Below, piece by piece: positions 1 through 13,150 of a stretch of DNA of 64,000 nucleotides. The number at the start of each line of letters is the position of its first letter. The first letter of the stretch is position 1. Origin of the DNA: Isurus oxyrinchus (lineage: Eukaryota); contig JANJGN010000026.1 in assembly GCA_026770705.1 (NCBI GenBank), positions 35,278,001-35,342,000 of the forward strand. Reading direction: 5' to 3'. Both the position numbers and the translations under genes were made by a program. The notes beneath the pieces were generated by a model. That model searched no databases. It saw only the letters and a program-made list of their open reading frames with translations, and was not told the origin of the DNA.

Positions 1-544
1 GTGGAATCTACGGGGATATAACCGAGGAGATATAACTAGATTGATTATTAATCTAGGATATCATTTTTAAACATTTCCTTTACTCTTTCCTAAGTTATTA
101 ATGTATTCCATGTTCAATGTATATCTCCTATTAAGTTCGTGACACTCGGTAACCCATCTCTGTAACTATCTCCACAGCCGTTCTCCCTTTACAATCTTTG
201 TACAGCCCGTGTCGGAAAATATGGCAACTTTTCTCCAGTATCAGTTTATTTTCGAACAATTTCGTATGATCTATTATTGGAGAATATTATGATGGGTATC
301 AGGAGAGATTCACTGAGCTACTTATTTGGAAACTGTGAATGTTGCTTTTTAAAAGCTCGGATGTGAGTTCCCATCTTGTTTATCTATTTGTGATGGGAAT
401 ATTTGGTGCATCATTAACTTAAATCAGTTTCTCAGTAAGAGCATTTTTTCAGTGTGTTTATCGGGTTATTATGTAAAAGAGACAATTGCCGGAGGATATG
501 CCATTAAAAAAGTCCATTTGAATTATACTTTCTTCAATAGTCTG

Positions 545-1680
545 GCGTTTGCGTTGTGCTTTAGCTTTTGTATGTGTGTGCATCAGTATCTCGCGCTTTG
601 CATTACTGTTTGTTTGTGTGTCCATAGGTGTGCATGTGTGTTAATGTGTGTGTTCATGTGCCAATGAGTGCTGATTTGTGTATTTTTGTGTCTGCATCTT
701 TACGTATATTTTGTTTTTCTGCTAATGTGGGTGTATGCGTGTGTTATTGTGTGTGTTTATGTCTTGATTTCCAAATTTACTTATTACTATCTGTGTAAAT
801 GTGTATTTACCTGTTTAATGTGTGCCTGCTAATATGAGTGTTAATGTTTCTTTTTGTGTTCCACTTGTATGTCAGCATATTAATGTCTGGGTCACAGCGT
901 CTGTGTGTGTGTGTGTGTATGCGCGTGTGTGTGTGACACAGCGAGAGAGAGAGTTTTTAATATGTGCATTTGTGTGTTGATCGATATTTAGAACTATGTA
1001 TCAATGTGTTTTTATGTTTTCATATGTACTAACGTGTGTTTTTGTTTTCTAGTGTGTATGAGTATATTCATATTTGTGTCTACATGTGTGTTTGTGAATG
1101 TGTTAGTCTGTTCTTCTGTGTTTTTGTGTCTGGGTGTCATCTGCTCATATGTGTGCATGTGTTAATGTGTGTCCATGCATTTGTTTTAATTTGTACGATA
1201 TGTGTGTCTTTATGTCTGGATTTATGTCATTGTGAACGTGTAATACTGCATATGCTAAAACTTACATTTGTTCTTTGTGTCCTTGTATGAGTCTGCCTGT
1301 GTGGTTTTATCTGTTTGTGTGTGTGTGATTGTGTATATGTGTGTGAGTGAGTGGGTCTGTGTGTGTATTTCTGCATGTGTGTGATTGTATGCGTGTGTAT
1401 TTCTGCATGTGTGTGATTGTGTGTACGTGTGTGTCTGTGTATGTTTGTGTGTCTGCACCCATGTGTTTGTGATTGTGCGCATATGTGTGCGCATGTGTAT
1501 GCACGTGTGTCTGTATTTGTCTATGTGTGTCTGCCTGTGTCTGCCTGTGTTTGTGTGGCTGCGCATGTGTGGGTGTAAATGTGTCTGCCTGTACCTGTGT
1601 GTGTTTGTCTGTGTGACTGTGCCTATGTGTGTGTGTACGCATGTTTGTGTCTGTCCATTTTTGTCAGCTGTGTGTGTTTT
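545..1680. repeat. Degenerate (TG)n low-complexity tract
   Basis: TG-rich sequence; it explains the C/V- and H/T-rich spurious ORFs. Confidence 0.9.
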
Positions 1681-2119
1681 TACTATTTTCCCGAATTTTA
1701 CCAGTACCAATGATCGAGTCTGACCTTGATGTTGAAAATTTTGGTGAATATTTTCAATGTTCTGTGCATAAACATGTTTTCTGTGAGATGCAAGGTGATA
1801 TCAGGTGAACGAATGCAAACAATCAATCATGTGCCTCATAAGATTCAGGGACAGAACCTTGAACAACCCAGGGAGGATTCAATCACCAGTATAGATTCGG
1901 ATTATGGGAAATTAAGCTTAGCATAAGCTTAACAGGAACAAGAGTATTAAAACATCTTCAAATTATGTTGCATAAATATATGTTTTGCAACATCCTAAGC
2001 ATGATGAGAGTTTAAAATCTGTGGCCAGTAAGCTGGAAGCCAACGTGGACTGTTGGTAACTGAGTCCTGACAGTAGAGACCGTTTCCTTCCAGATTCTCT
2101 GCTCGGTGAGTGAGGGTCC

Positions 2120-2615
2120 AGTGAGCTAATAGTTTTGTTCTGTCTGGTTGTCTAAACAATTTGCCTTTCAGTTCTCTCTGCTGAGAAGGTGGAGACACAT
2201 CAGGTTAACCAATGACCTTCCTCTTCTTTTTGTTTAGCAAGTGGAGGTAAGACTGGCTTAAAATTTTCCTTTCAGTTTTCTCTGTTGGGGAAGTGGAGGT
2301 ACAGCGGATTATCAATTTCCCTTCCCCTCTCTCCGTTGGGAAAGTGGGATACAGTGGCTAAACAATCCCCCCCCACCACCCCCCCCCACCACCCACTGTT
2401 GTGGAAGTGGAGGTGAAGTTAGTTAACAATGTCCCCTTCCCCTCTCTCTGTTGGGGAAGTGGGGGTAAAGTAGGTTAACAATTTCCCTTCCCCTCCCTCT
2501 GTTGGGGAAGTCGGGGTACAGCGGGTTAACAACTTCCCTCCCCCATCTCTCTGTTGGGCAAGAGCGAGTACAGTGGGTTAACAATTACCCTCCCCCCTCC
2601 CTGATGGGGGATTGT
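2120..2615. repeat. ~51-bp minisatellite, about 9 degenerate copies
   Basis: Recurring GGGGAAGTGGRGGTACAG..GGTTAACAATTTCCCTTCCCCTCTCTCTGTT. Confidence 0.8.
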
Positions 2616-3006
2616 TGGGACATGTTTCTGTGTGACTCCACTTCAGTTCCCAGTGGGTGTGGTGCAGCAGTTTAAAGCTGACGTCCATTTTAAAGGGATG
2701 GACAATAAGAGAAGCAGGAACACCGAGATCTAAATGCGCTGTGTTTGTTTGTCTGAAATGGGAATTGTCAGATTTCTCCTCAGTGGGAGGAGAGCTGGTG
2801 AAGTTATTTTACAGAATCCCTTAATGAATGAGCTTTACTCTGTCTCTAACCCCAGGTGTATCTGAGCTGCGAGCACTGGGTGTACAAGACTTGGGTATGA
2901 GCCCTGTAAATATTCGATTTTAACTAAACAGGTCTAACATCAGCAAAAGTGGAAAACAACATTGATTATACAATTGTGTATTTAAATCACGATTGGAGAA
3001 AAGGAC

Positions 3007-3023
3007 TTTATTATTTGTTTATT
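3007..3023 (-). terminator. Two AATAAA polyadenylation signals for secretory mu mRNA
   Basis: TTTATT on + at 3007-12 and 3018-23, about 30-45 nt past the stop codon. Confidence 0.8.
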
Positions 3024-3050
3024 GAGGTTTGAAATTTAACCGAGAAATTC

Positions 3051-3442
3051 TCATTGACATGAATTAACGGTGTCCATCAGTGCAAGGGAAATGTTCACAA
3101 AACTCGGTTTACCGCTGGATTTATCAACAGTTCTGTTGATGATCTTCAAGGGGATCGCTTCATGTCCCACCACACAGGAGTAAGAAGCGCCGCTGGCCCA
3201 CTCCTCCGCTGCAATGGATAACAGGCTGTACATGAAGAAGGAGCGATTGCCGTTCTCCGCCACTACCTCGGTGTTCTTGTAGTTTCCGGGATCCACCGGC
3301 TTGTCATTGACGGTCCACTTGACGAAAATCTCTCGTGGGGAGAAACCTCTCACTAAGCAGCTGAGGGAGACAAATCTCTGAGTGGAGACATCTTCTGCCG
3401 AGGGCAGGAGGACAGACACGGACGGTTCCCGCGGGTCTTTAA
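3051..3442 (-). CDS. IGHM: Cmu4 plus secretory tailpiece ([18 protein letters not shown]...[43 protein letters not shown])
   Basis: C1-set domain; mu tailpiece with an N-I-S sequon and penultimate Cys; internal G|GTAAA donor (3107-3112) for the membrane form. Confidence 0.97.
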
Positions 3443-3579
3443 CTGCAGAAAATGTACAATAAATGTCAACAAACTGGATACTTTCGTAGATAATGAAACT
3501 GCTGGTTAGATGTGAGAGAAACGTGTTTTGTGATGAATATTAAGGTTTTTCATTATCCACTTCTTGGAAATATATCACC

Positions 3580-3770
3580 GATCCTTCACTATAACTGAAT
3601 CAAAATCCTGGGACTCCCTTCCTAACAGCACTGTGGGTGTATCTACACCACATGGACTGCAGCGGTTCAAGAAGGCAGCTCACCACCACCTTGTCAAGGG
3701 CAATTAGGGATGGGCAATAACTCTGGCCCAGCCAACGACGCCCACATCCCATGAATTAATAAATAAAATA
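3580..3770 (+). mobile_element. LINE 3'-tail fragment (CR1-type) in the Cmu3-Cmu4 intron
   Basis: Tail CAAGGGCAATTAGGGATGGGCAATAA..GCCCACATCCCATGAAT, also seen at ~13070 and ~24175. Confidence 0.7.
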
Positions 3771-4156
3771 CTTTGGGATCTGTCCGGCTTTCCAGCTCGG
3801 AGCAGAGGTGGCACAATCCTTTTCATGGAGAACTTATGGGGTTGGACGAGAAAGTTTCTCAAAGTTTACAGCACAGAAACAGGCCATTCTGCCCAACTGG
3901 TCTATGTTGGTGTTACAGCTTCGCACCAGGATCCTCCCATCTTGCTTCATCTAAACCCAATGGCACAACCTTCAATTCATCGTTCATTCATCTACTTATC
4001 AATTTCCCCTTGAAAGTCCACATGCCCAGGGCGTTTAGTTGGCGAAATTGCTCATCAGAGTAGACCATGAGTACACTGAATAGTAAATATTGATCCTTAC
4101 ACTTACACTGGAAATAGATTCATTGAACCACTTATTGCTTCAATCTCACCGCTCAC

Positions 4157-4468
4157 CTTGTTCCTTGTGGATGGAACTCCTTAAAGGAGTTGGCAGATCC
4201 TGATGGCTCACCACACAGTAGAACTCAGCCCCACTCAGCCAGGCTTGTGTCGAGATGTTTACGTTGCTGACCACGCTGTCGGGATCTTCTCCCGGTTGGA
4301 TGGCGATCTCTGATTTCAAAGGCTTCTTCTCTTGTGTCCAGGACACGAGGACTCCATAAGGAGCATTAGAAATGATGCAGGTTAAGGTCACTGTCGCCTC
4401 CAGTAAGACCTGTTCAATTGGCGGTGGCAATAGAGTAATTGTGGGATCGTTGTGGCAGTGGTGATCAC
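4157..4468 (-). CDS. IGHM: Cmu3 exon ([31 protein letters not shown]...[22 protein letters not shown])
   Basis: C1-set motifs typical of shark mu CH3; CAG acceptor, GTGAG donor; 312 nt. Confidence 0.96.
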
Positions 4469-5089
4469 CTGTGAGACAGAAATTAATATCAACCAAAGTT
4501 TCACCTTCAGAATGAGGACAGCAGTGTTCAGTCTTCATTCTCTAAAGGAGAATAAATCACCTTGGACATATCAACCTCTAACTATCGTCTTAAATCTTCT
4601 TTATACAATGGAAAACCAGTTTGGTCTGTTTAAATCGTTCTCATAATTTAAGACGTTTAGCCCCGGTAACATTCTGATGAATCTGCGTTGCCCCAGTCCC
4701 AATACAAATATATTATTGCTGGGCCCTGGAACGCAGTACTGAAAGCTGTTTTATAAATAGGGTGGATGCACTTTCCAACACTCTATCTTGAAGCTGTTAC
4801 CAGTGAAGGGTTCCAGACACCTGCCTCTCCAAATATGATCAGCTGACTCAGGGTAAAGCTGATGTCAACTCCACCTCACTCACTCTGTGACGTCAATGCA
4901 GAGACGTGATGTGATAAAATCCTGAATGGTGAACAAACCGAATGCAGCCATTACGTCGGAATTAAATACCGACTACATGATAGTAAATTGGAAGTTGTTC
5001 CGTGCTTTCTACTAACACCAATAAATTCCTCATTTGATTAACATCAGAGAGCAGAATGATCTATTGCTTCCTCGGTTTGTATTTCTTAC

Positions 5090-5404
5090 CCTCACACTTG
5101 GTGGCGTTTCGACTTCGGGTGACCCCTTGGTGAGTGACCTGACAGGTATAGACCGCGTCGGTGAACCATTCCCCAGCGGAGACTTTCAGCCGACTGGTCG
5201 CCGAGAAGTTCCCATTCACTTCAAAGGCGGGAGAGGTGACAATTCCTGAATCCATGGATTGTCCATTCTTCAGCCACTTCACGGTGATTGGCTTCGGACG
5301 GAAATCGATGATTGAACACACGGCGATTGCAAATTTGTTCATTGTGATTTCTTCCCGGGAACTCACGGTGAGGAGAACAGTTGGAGAGAAGATGTCAGGA
5401 GGAC
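5090..5404 (-). CDS. IGHM: Cmu2 exon ([19 protein letters not shown]...[16 protein letters not shown]...YTCQVTHQG...KCE)
   Basis: C1-set motifs; AAG acceptor, GTAAG donor; 315 nt in phase. Confidence 0.96.
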
Positions 5405-5616
5405 CTTCAGAAAATACAGGTTAAACATTTCTTGCAGAATAAATTGATAACAGATACAATTAATTCCTACATTTTTATAGGTTCTTTTCCGTTAATAGAC
5501 ACTAACCGAGAATTTGCAGGGAGCAAATCTATGCAAAGCACTATAAATGTATTATAACCAAGGCCCTATACAGGTCATTCCCAGCCTCTGTTTCTCACAG
5601 GTTCCCCAACACTTAC

Positions 5617-5916
5617 AATGCATTTCAATGCTCTTGTCTGAGCCGCTGTGTCGAACCTCACACTTGATTTTGCTGCATTCCCCCTCTGATTCGGTGATGG
5701 TTAACTGGCTGCTCAGGGTGTAGGTTCCCTTCTGGTTTCTCACTGATGGGTAAGTCTTAAATCCAGTGGGGATCTGCTGCCCATCTTTCTTCCAGGTCAA
5801 GCTGATGATTTCTGGGGAGTAATCCATCGCCAAACAGCCGTAGGTGACGGAGCCATCGGTGTTGTGTTGCTGACAGGAGGAGACCAGGCTGTAGAGAGTG
5901 GGCGAAGACGGTGTCG
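5617..5916 (-). CDS. IGHM: Cmu1 exon ([36 protein letters not shown]...[18 protein letters not shown])
   Basis: C1-set domain with Cys-Trp-Cys and an extra N-terminal Cys (expected light-chain bond); CAG acceptor 5917-19, GTAAGT donor 5611-16; 300 nt. Confidence 0.96.
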
Positions 5917-6474
5917 CTGGGAAAGAATGGCCGATTGAACAAGTTAGACTCTGTGATTTGTGATCATTAAGTAACCATACAACTCAAAAATTGACAATAA
6001 CTATAAATATATCCTAATATATTCCAACTAAAACCCACATCCACATTTGATCATTTATTATTTCCATCATTTGGTGACCCTCACTTGTCGGTTCCCTCTT
6101 TAGAAACCCACACTTCTTTTCCCGCCTCTATCCCATTACTAAAAGAGAACATTTTGGGTCATCTGAATGACGTACCTTTCATTGGATTAAAACGGAAGAG
6201 CAGAGCATCTTCCCCATTATTTCACCACCATTTATTTCTCAATCAACAGCACTTAGTGAGAGAGAAATTCTCTCGTCATTTATATCATTGCAGTTTTGGA
6301 AATTAGCTCTGTTCAAATTGACTGATGCCCCCTCCCCTCTCCACGTCCTCCCAAAACAAAAAATATCAACGGCCCTTCGAAAATACCTTTGTAACGGTAA
6401 CTATATAATGACCATAGAACTCTAAACTGAATACCAGTTACAGTAAGTACGACAGTTTCCAATTGTATGTACAT

Positions 6475-7860
6475 GTGAACATGCGGATCAGTAGCTGGAG
6501 TAGGCCATTCGGCCTCTGGGGCCTCCTCCACCATTCACTCCGGTCATAGCTGATATGATTGTGACGTTAACTCCACGTTCCCGCCTAATCTCCGCTAACC
6601 TTTGGCTCCCTTGTTAATGAAGAATCTCTCTACCTCTGCCTTGAAATTTTAATGACTCCTCCTCCATCCCTCTCTGGGGAAGAGAGTTCCAAAGTTTCAT
6701 GACTCTTTGAGAGAAAAATAAAATCCCCTCATTTCCGTCTGAAATGGGAGACCTCTTATTTTTAAACCGTGTTCCCTATCGTTAGTCTCTCTCACAAGAG
6801 GAAACATCCTTTCAGCATCCACCCTGTCAATTTCCCTCAGGATCTTACATGTTTCAATAAAATCAGCTCTCATTCTTCTAAACTCCAATAGATACAGGCC
6901 CAGCCTATCCAAATTTCCACATAAGATAACCGACGACACCTCCCAGTATCATTTGAATTAACATTCTCTGAACAACTTCTAATGCTTTTATATCCTTTCT
7001 TAAATGAGACCAAATCTGTACACAGTAATTCAGACGAGGTCTCATCGACACTCTGTTAAACTGTAACATAATATCCTTCCATTTATATTCTGTTCCCCTT
7101 GTGATAAATGCCAACACTCCCTTTGCCTTCCTCATCACTAGCTGTTCCTGTATTATAACATTTTGTGATTCATACACCAAGGGATCCACATTCCTCTGTA
7201 TCTCAGGGTTCTGCAGTCTCTCTTCCTTTCAATAATATGCTGCTTTTATATTCTTCCTGCCAAAGTGGACAAGTTTATATTTTCCCACATTATACTCCAT
7301 CTGTCATTTTTTGCCCACTCACTTAACCTGTTGATATCCCTTTGCTGACCCTTTATCCCCTCTTCACCATTTACTTCCCTATCTGTCTTTGTGTCATCAG
7401 CAAATTTAGCAAATTCATTCAGTCCTTTCATTCAAGTCATTGATATAAATTGTAAATAGTTGAGGCTGCGGCAATGATCTCTGTGGAACTCCATTTGTCA
7501 CATCTTGCCAACCTAAAATAACCAATTTATCCCTGCTGTTTCCTGTTAGCTAACCAAACTTCTACTCATGCTGAAATGTTACTGCTGACACCATTATTTT
7601 GTGCAGTAACCTTTGATGTGCCACTTTGTCAAATGCCTTCTGGTAGCCCAAGGGCAGCACACCCACAGGTTCTCCTTTATTCATGCTCTTTGTTACTTCC
7701 TCGAAGGACCTCAAATAAGTCAGCCAAACATGATTTCCCTTTCACAAAATCATGATGGGTTTGCATAATTGCATTTGAATTTTCTAAGTGACCCGTGATA
7801 GATTCCTGAATAATCGATTGCAGCATTTTCGCTCGGACAGATGTTAAGCTAACTGGCCTG
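6475..7860 (-). mobile_element. CR1-clade LINE fragment (RT C-terminus and 3' end)
   Basis: Frameshifted pieces KFADDTK, RPRLNYCVQIWS, RLGLYLLEFRRMRADFIETCKIL. Confidence 0.9.
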
Positions 7861-7999
7861 CAGATGAGAGCCTTTCCCCGGGAACGGAAAGGATTTCAGG
7901 AGGGGGAGAGACAATGAGGGAGAGATAGAGAGAGAGTAAGAGAGAGTGGAGCCCAGGGTATCTGGTGCCTCCACTCGCAACTGCTTTTGCCCAGCTCTC

Positions 8000-9560
8000 C
8001 CCACTATAGACTGGCTCTCAGCCCTTCCCCCACCCTCCGCCTCTCTGTTCTTTCCCCTCCACCTCTCTGCCCTTTCTCCCCCGCCTCTCTGCCCTTCCTC
8101 CCCAAGCTCTCTGCCCTTTGTCCTCAGCTCTCTGCACTTACTCCACGGCTCTATTCGCTTTTGCCCAGCTCTCTGACCCATTCCATTGGCTCACTGACCT
8201 ATCCCCTGGCTCGCTGACCTTTCCCCCTCAGCCCTTTTCCGCCTTCCACCTCTCTGTCCGCTCCCCCCTCTGCCTCTCCGCTCTCCCGCCTCCCTGCCCT
8301 TTCCGCCACCCATCTCTCTGCCCTTTCCCCCTACTGCATCTCTGCCCTTACCCCCTGCCTCTCTGCCCTTATCCCCCACCTCTCTGCCCTTTCCCCAGCT
8401 CACTGTCCTTCCCATCGACTCTCTGCCCTTTCCGTCACCTCTCTGCCCTTACCTCTCTGCCGCTCCACTCTTACCCCCCGCCTCTATGCCCTTTCCCCCT
8501 CCGACTCTCTGCCCACCCTCCTCTCTGTCCTTCCCCCCTCTGCCTCTCTGCTCTGCCTTCTCCCTGCACCTGCCCCCTCCCGCCTCTCTACCCTGTCCCC
8601 CACCCGCCTCTCTGTCCTTTCCCCCAGCCAGCTCTCTGCCCTTCCCCCTCCCACCTCTCGGCCCTTTCTCCATCCCGCCTCTCTGCCCTTACCCCCCACC
8701 TCTCTGCCTTTACCCCCTCTCCTCTCTGCCCTTTCCCCCACCTCTCTGCACTTTCCCCCCTCTGTCTCTATGCCCTTCCCCCCTCCTCTCTGCCCTTTCC
8801 CCCTCTTCCTCTCTAACCACCCTCCTCTCTGTCCTTCCCCCCTCTGCCTCTCTACCCTGCCTCCTCTATGCCCTTTCCCCCTCCTGCCTCTCTGCCCTTT
8901 CCCCTACCTGCCTCTCTGCCGTTACCCCCCACCTCTCTGCCCTTCCCCCCCGCCTCTCTGCCCTTTTCCCCACTCACCTCTTGGTCCTTTCCCCCTACCG
9001 CCTTTCTGCCCTCCCTCCTCTCTACCCTGTCCCTCTCCCGCCTCTCTGCCCTGTCCCTCACCCGCCTCTCTGCCCTTTCCCCCCGCCTCTCTGCCCTTTG
9101 CCCCTCCCTCTTCTCTGCCTTTTCCCCCTCCCGCCTCTCTGCCCTTTCCCCCCGCCTCTCTGCCCTTTCCACCACCCACCTTCCTGCCCGTTCCACCTGC
9201 CACCTCTCTGCCATTTCCCCTCGCATCTCTGCCCATACCATCTCCCGCTTCTCTGCCCGGTCACTGCCCTTTCCCACCCCCCCACCTCTCTGCCCTTTCA
9301 CTGGCTTGCTGACCTTTGCCCCATCCCAATGCATTTTCTGCTGGATCCCTGCCCTTTTCCCGGACTCTCTACCCTTCACCCGCAACCCTCCCCGGCTCTC
9401 TGCCATTTCCCCCACCTCCCTGCCCTTTCCCCCAGGCTCTCTGTGCTTTCCAACGAAGCTCGTCGCTCCCTTCAGCCATGCTCCACTTTCTGGCACTACT
9501 AGGCCTCAGGCCCCGCATGCAGGTCTCTCTTTCCCGCAGTTCCCGCCCTCCCACACACCA
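8000..9560. repeat. C/T-rich ~20-25 bp minisatellite (CCGCCTCTCTGCCCTTTCCCCC); G-rich on the IgM sense strand
   Basis: Dozens of degenerate copies with extreme strand skew. Confidence 0.92.
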
Positions 9561-9574
9561 ATTTATGAAAAGTG

Positions 9575-10320
9575 ATTGAGTGAGTGAGCGCGTGCATGAT
9601 TGACAAAGTGAGGGTGGCTGAGTGACAGAGCAAGGGTGGGTGTCTGAGTGAGTGAGGGTGCATGGGTGAGTGAAGGTATGAGTGAGGGTGGTGGTGAGTG
9701 GGCGTAGGTAGGTGTCTGAATGTGGGTGAGTGAGAATGGATGAGTGAGTGTGAGGGTGGGTGATTGAATGAGAGTAGCTGAGTGGCTGAGTGAGGGTTGG
9801 TGGATATGTGAGGGTGGGTATGTGAGTGAGGGTGAGTGGGTGTGTGAGGGGGGTGGATGAGATATTGAGTGTCAGTGAAGGTAGGTGAGTGAGGACGGGA
9901 GGGTGAGTGAGGATGAGTGAGTGAGGGTGAGTGAGTGAAGGTTAAAGTAATTGATGGTGAGTGAATGAGGGTGTGTGAAGCTGGGTGAGTGGGTGAGGGT
10001 GAGTGAGGGTGGGTGAAGGAGTGAGATTGAGTGACGGTGAGTGAATGAGTGTGGGTGAGTGAGGGTGATTGAGTGAGTGTGAGTGAGGGTGAGTGAGTGA
10101 TGAGTGAGTGAGGGTGGGTGAGTGAGGGTGATTGAGTGAGTGTGAGTGAGGGTGAGTGAGTGATGAGTGTGAGTGAGGGTGAGTGAGGGTGAGTGAGGGT
10201 GATTGAGTGAGTGTGAGTGAGTGTGAGTGAGGGTGAGTGAGTGAGTGAGGTGAGGGTGAGTGATTGTGGGTAGTGAGGGTGAGTGAGTGAGTGAGGGTGA
10301 GTGATTGTGGGTAGTGAGGG
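9575..10320. repeat. (GTGA/GAGGGT)n simple repeat
   Basis: Continuous GTGAGTGAGGGT units. Confidence 0.9.
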
Positions 10321-10896
10321 TGCCCTGGTGCTGCAGGCTCATCAAGGCGATGTTTCTCCGGATGATTTTCTGCTCCGGCTCAGCTTTCCATTGCCTGTTG
10401 TCCACAGCCGAGCTGGGGGCTCCTCCATTCGGCTCCACCACCTCCACCTCCTCCTCTTCCTCTCCATTGATCCTGTCCTGATTCTCCGTATTGACCAGCT
10501 TTCAGTAACACTGGCTGTGTAAAGTCAGGCAGCAGTGTAGATCACTGGCCAGCTGCTTTAATGCCGATGCCTTTCTTTAAGAAACCCGTGTCAGTGCGCG
10601 AATAGGCAGACTGAGGGAGCTGGAGGGGAAGGTTACAGCAAAACCAGGAAGGGCCGTGCAGGCATCTTGCACCAAGTGTGCACCAGTATTGGGGATCCAG
10701 GCGGCCGTGGTCTCAGTCACATCCCTCCACTTTTCTTGTTTCTTTGTGTTTGGTTCAACACTTGGAAATTCTCCACATATATAGTGATGTCACCTGTGTA
10801 ATTTCATTTTACCCAAAAAGGCATCAGAAATGGAACAATGAACATGCCTGCAGCTTAAAGGATCTTCTTTCTGAAATTAACATTTTCAGCCCACTT

Positions 10897-11067
10897 NNNN
10901 NNNNNNNNNNNNNNNNNNNNNNNNNNNNNNNNNNNNNNNNNNNNNNNNNNNNNNNNNNNNNNNNNNNNNNNNNNNNNNNNNNNNNNNNNNNNNNNNNNNN
11001 NNNNNNNNNNNNNNNNNNNNNNNNNNNNNNNNNNNNNNNNNNNNNNNNNNNNNNNNNNNNNNNNNNN
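10897..11067. other. Assembly gap (N run)
   Basis: Run of N. Confidence 1.
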
Positions 11068-11069
11068 TA

Positions 11070-11800
11070 AGCGTGAGAGTGTTTGAGAGAGAGCACGTGT
11101 GTGTGAGAGAGAAAGTGAATGTGTTTGTGTATGTGTGAGAGTGTGTGTGGGGGTGTGAGTGATATGTAGTATATGTAGTATAAGTACGTGAGAGAGAGTT
11201 TGTGTGAGAGAGAGAAAGAGTGTGTGAAAGAGAAAACCAGTGTGTGTGTCAGAGAGAGAGTGTGTGTGCGTGAGAGAGTGAAAGAATGAGAGCGAGTGCG
11301 TGTGTGAGAGGAACAGTGTGTGTGTGTGTGTGTGTGTGTGTGAGGGAATGTGAATGTGTTTCTGTGTGCGTCAGAGAGAGAGAATGAGGATGTGTGTGTG
11401 TGTGAGAGACAGTGTTATGTGTCTGTGTGTGACAGAGGGGGAGAATTGAAAGTATTTATGTGCGTGTGGCAGAGAGGGTGCATGTATGTGAGATATAGAG
11501 TGGGTGTGTGTAAAAGAGAGAGAGTGTGTGCATGTGTTTGTGTGAGAGAGAGAGAGAATGCATGTGTGAGAGTGCAGGTGTGAGAAAGAAAGAGTGCATG
11601 TATGTGTGTAGGAGATAGTGTGCACGTGTTAAAGGGAGTTTGTGTGGGAGAGAGTGAATGTGAGTGTGTGTGTGACAGAGAGAGAAAGAGTGTGTGTCTG
11701 TCAGAGAGAGTGCATGAGAGAATGTATGTGCACTGTGTGAGAGAGAGCGTGTGTGACAGAAAGAGTGAGTGAATGAGGGTGTGTGGTAAAGAGACTGAGT
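11070..11800. repeat. (TG)n/(GA)n low-complexity tract
   Basis: Mixed dinucleotide repeats. Confidence 0.9.
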
Positions 11801-12554
11801 GTGTTGAGGTAGATCAGCCACGATCTTGCTGAATGGGGGGCAGGATCGAAGGGTTGAATGTCCTCCTCATGCTCTCATTTCTGTAATTCATTCCTCTCCC
11901 GGCAGGTGGCAATCCAGTGGCTCAGTTTTTGATGGTGGCTCCTTTTCCCAAATCCCCCGCAGCTGGTTATTTGTAGCGGGAGTCTGGTATTTGTCCATTT
12001 CAATCATTTAAATAACTCTGATCAGATCAGAACAGGCACTGCTCTCTGGAGCCTCACTGTCACTCCCTGATTCTGTTTGTTCTGAAGTTGTGCTCAAGTT
12101 CAGGTCACTCACACTCAATGATTTTCTGATACTCAAAATGCTTAAACATAATTAATTCATTAAAATTGTCTACACGTTCTCTGCAGAAATATTGTTAAAA
12201 ACAGTTAACGTGTGTCATTTCAACCGAGCAATGGAACAATTTATTTTCACAGATCTTGCTCGAAAACCCACGGCCAGTTAGTTCAGTGCTGATTCAGTTT
12301 GTTTGACCTCTGCAGGGAGAAGACTCCCAGGTCAAGAACAGGACACGTTAAGATATGAATTAAATTCCCCACTCCTCCCCCAGTACACTCCTGTCATCAG
12401 CTGCAAGGGTGGGATTCAACAGAAAGCCAACTCTCCACTGAATTGTCAAACACTCCGGGTCAGATACAGCACTGGTTTGACATAAAATAAAACTCTCTCT
12501 ACATTGTTCCATCAAATATGCCCAGGAGAGGGTTCAATCCGGTTTTGATATAAG

Positions 12555-13150
12555 TGCTGTGCTGCAGGAGCCGGTCAGAGGCTGGGAATTCTGTGGCAAG
12601 TAATTCAACTCTTATCGCCCAAAGAAAACTGACCATCTACAAGGCTCAAGTCAGGACTGGGATTGAATAGTTTCCGTTTGCTTCAATGTGTGAAACTTCA
12701 AAAAACCCCAAGAAACTCCATACTATTAGGACAAAGCAGCCCACAGAATTGGTACCTCATCCACTACCTTAAACATTCCCTCCTCCCCCACCAAGGCACA
12801 GTGACAGCAGTGTGTGCCATATACAAGATGCACTGCAGCAACTTGCCAAGACTCCTTCAAAACCCGCAACCTCTCCTAACTAGAAGGACAAGGGCAGCAG
12901 GTGCTTGAAACACCGCCACCTGTATGTTCCCCTCCAAGACACTGAACATCCTGACTTGGAACTATATCGCCGTTCCTTCACTGTCAGTGGGTCAAAATCC
13001 TGGAACGCCCGACCTAACAGCACTGTGAGTGAACATGCAGCAATTCAAGGAGGCGGCAGTTCAACACTTCTAAGGATGGGCAATTAGGATGAGCAACAAA
13101 TGCTGGCCTTGCCAGCGACCCCAACATCCTATGATAGGATTAAAAATAAG
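12555..13150 (+). mobile_element. LINE 3' fragment (CR1-type)
   Basis: ACCATCTACAAGGCTCAAGTCAGG (TIYKAQVR), GTGTGTGCCATATACAAGATGCACTGCAGC, and the same tail as at 3580-3770. Confidence 0.75.

Noticed and set aside
4145-4156. Second GTGAG donor 7 nt past the Cmu3 donor
   Set aside because: Using it would shift the frame; no evidence of use.
7849-10447. Long Pro/Leu/Cys-, Gly/Arg/Glu- and His/Thr-rich ORFs (up to 338 aa)
   Set aside because: Translations of skewed minisatellites, open in several frames at once.
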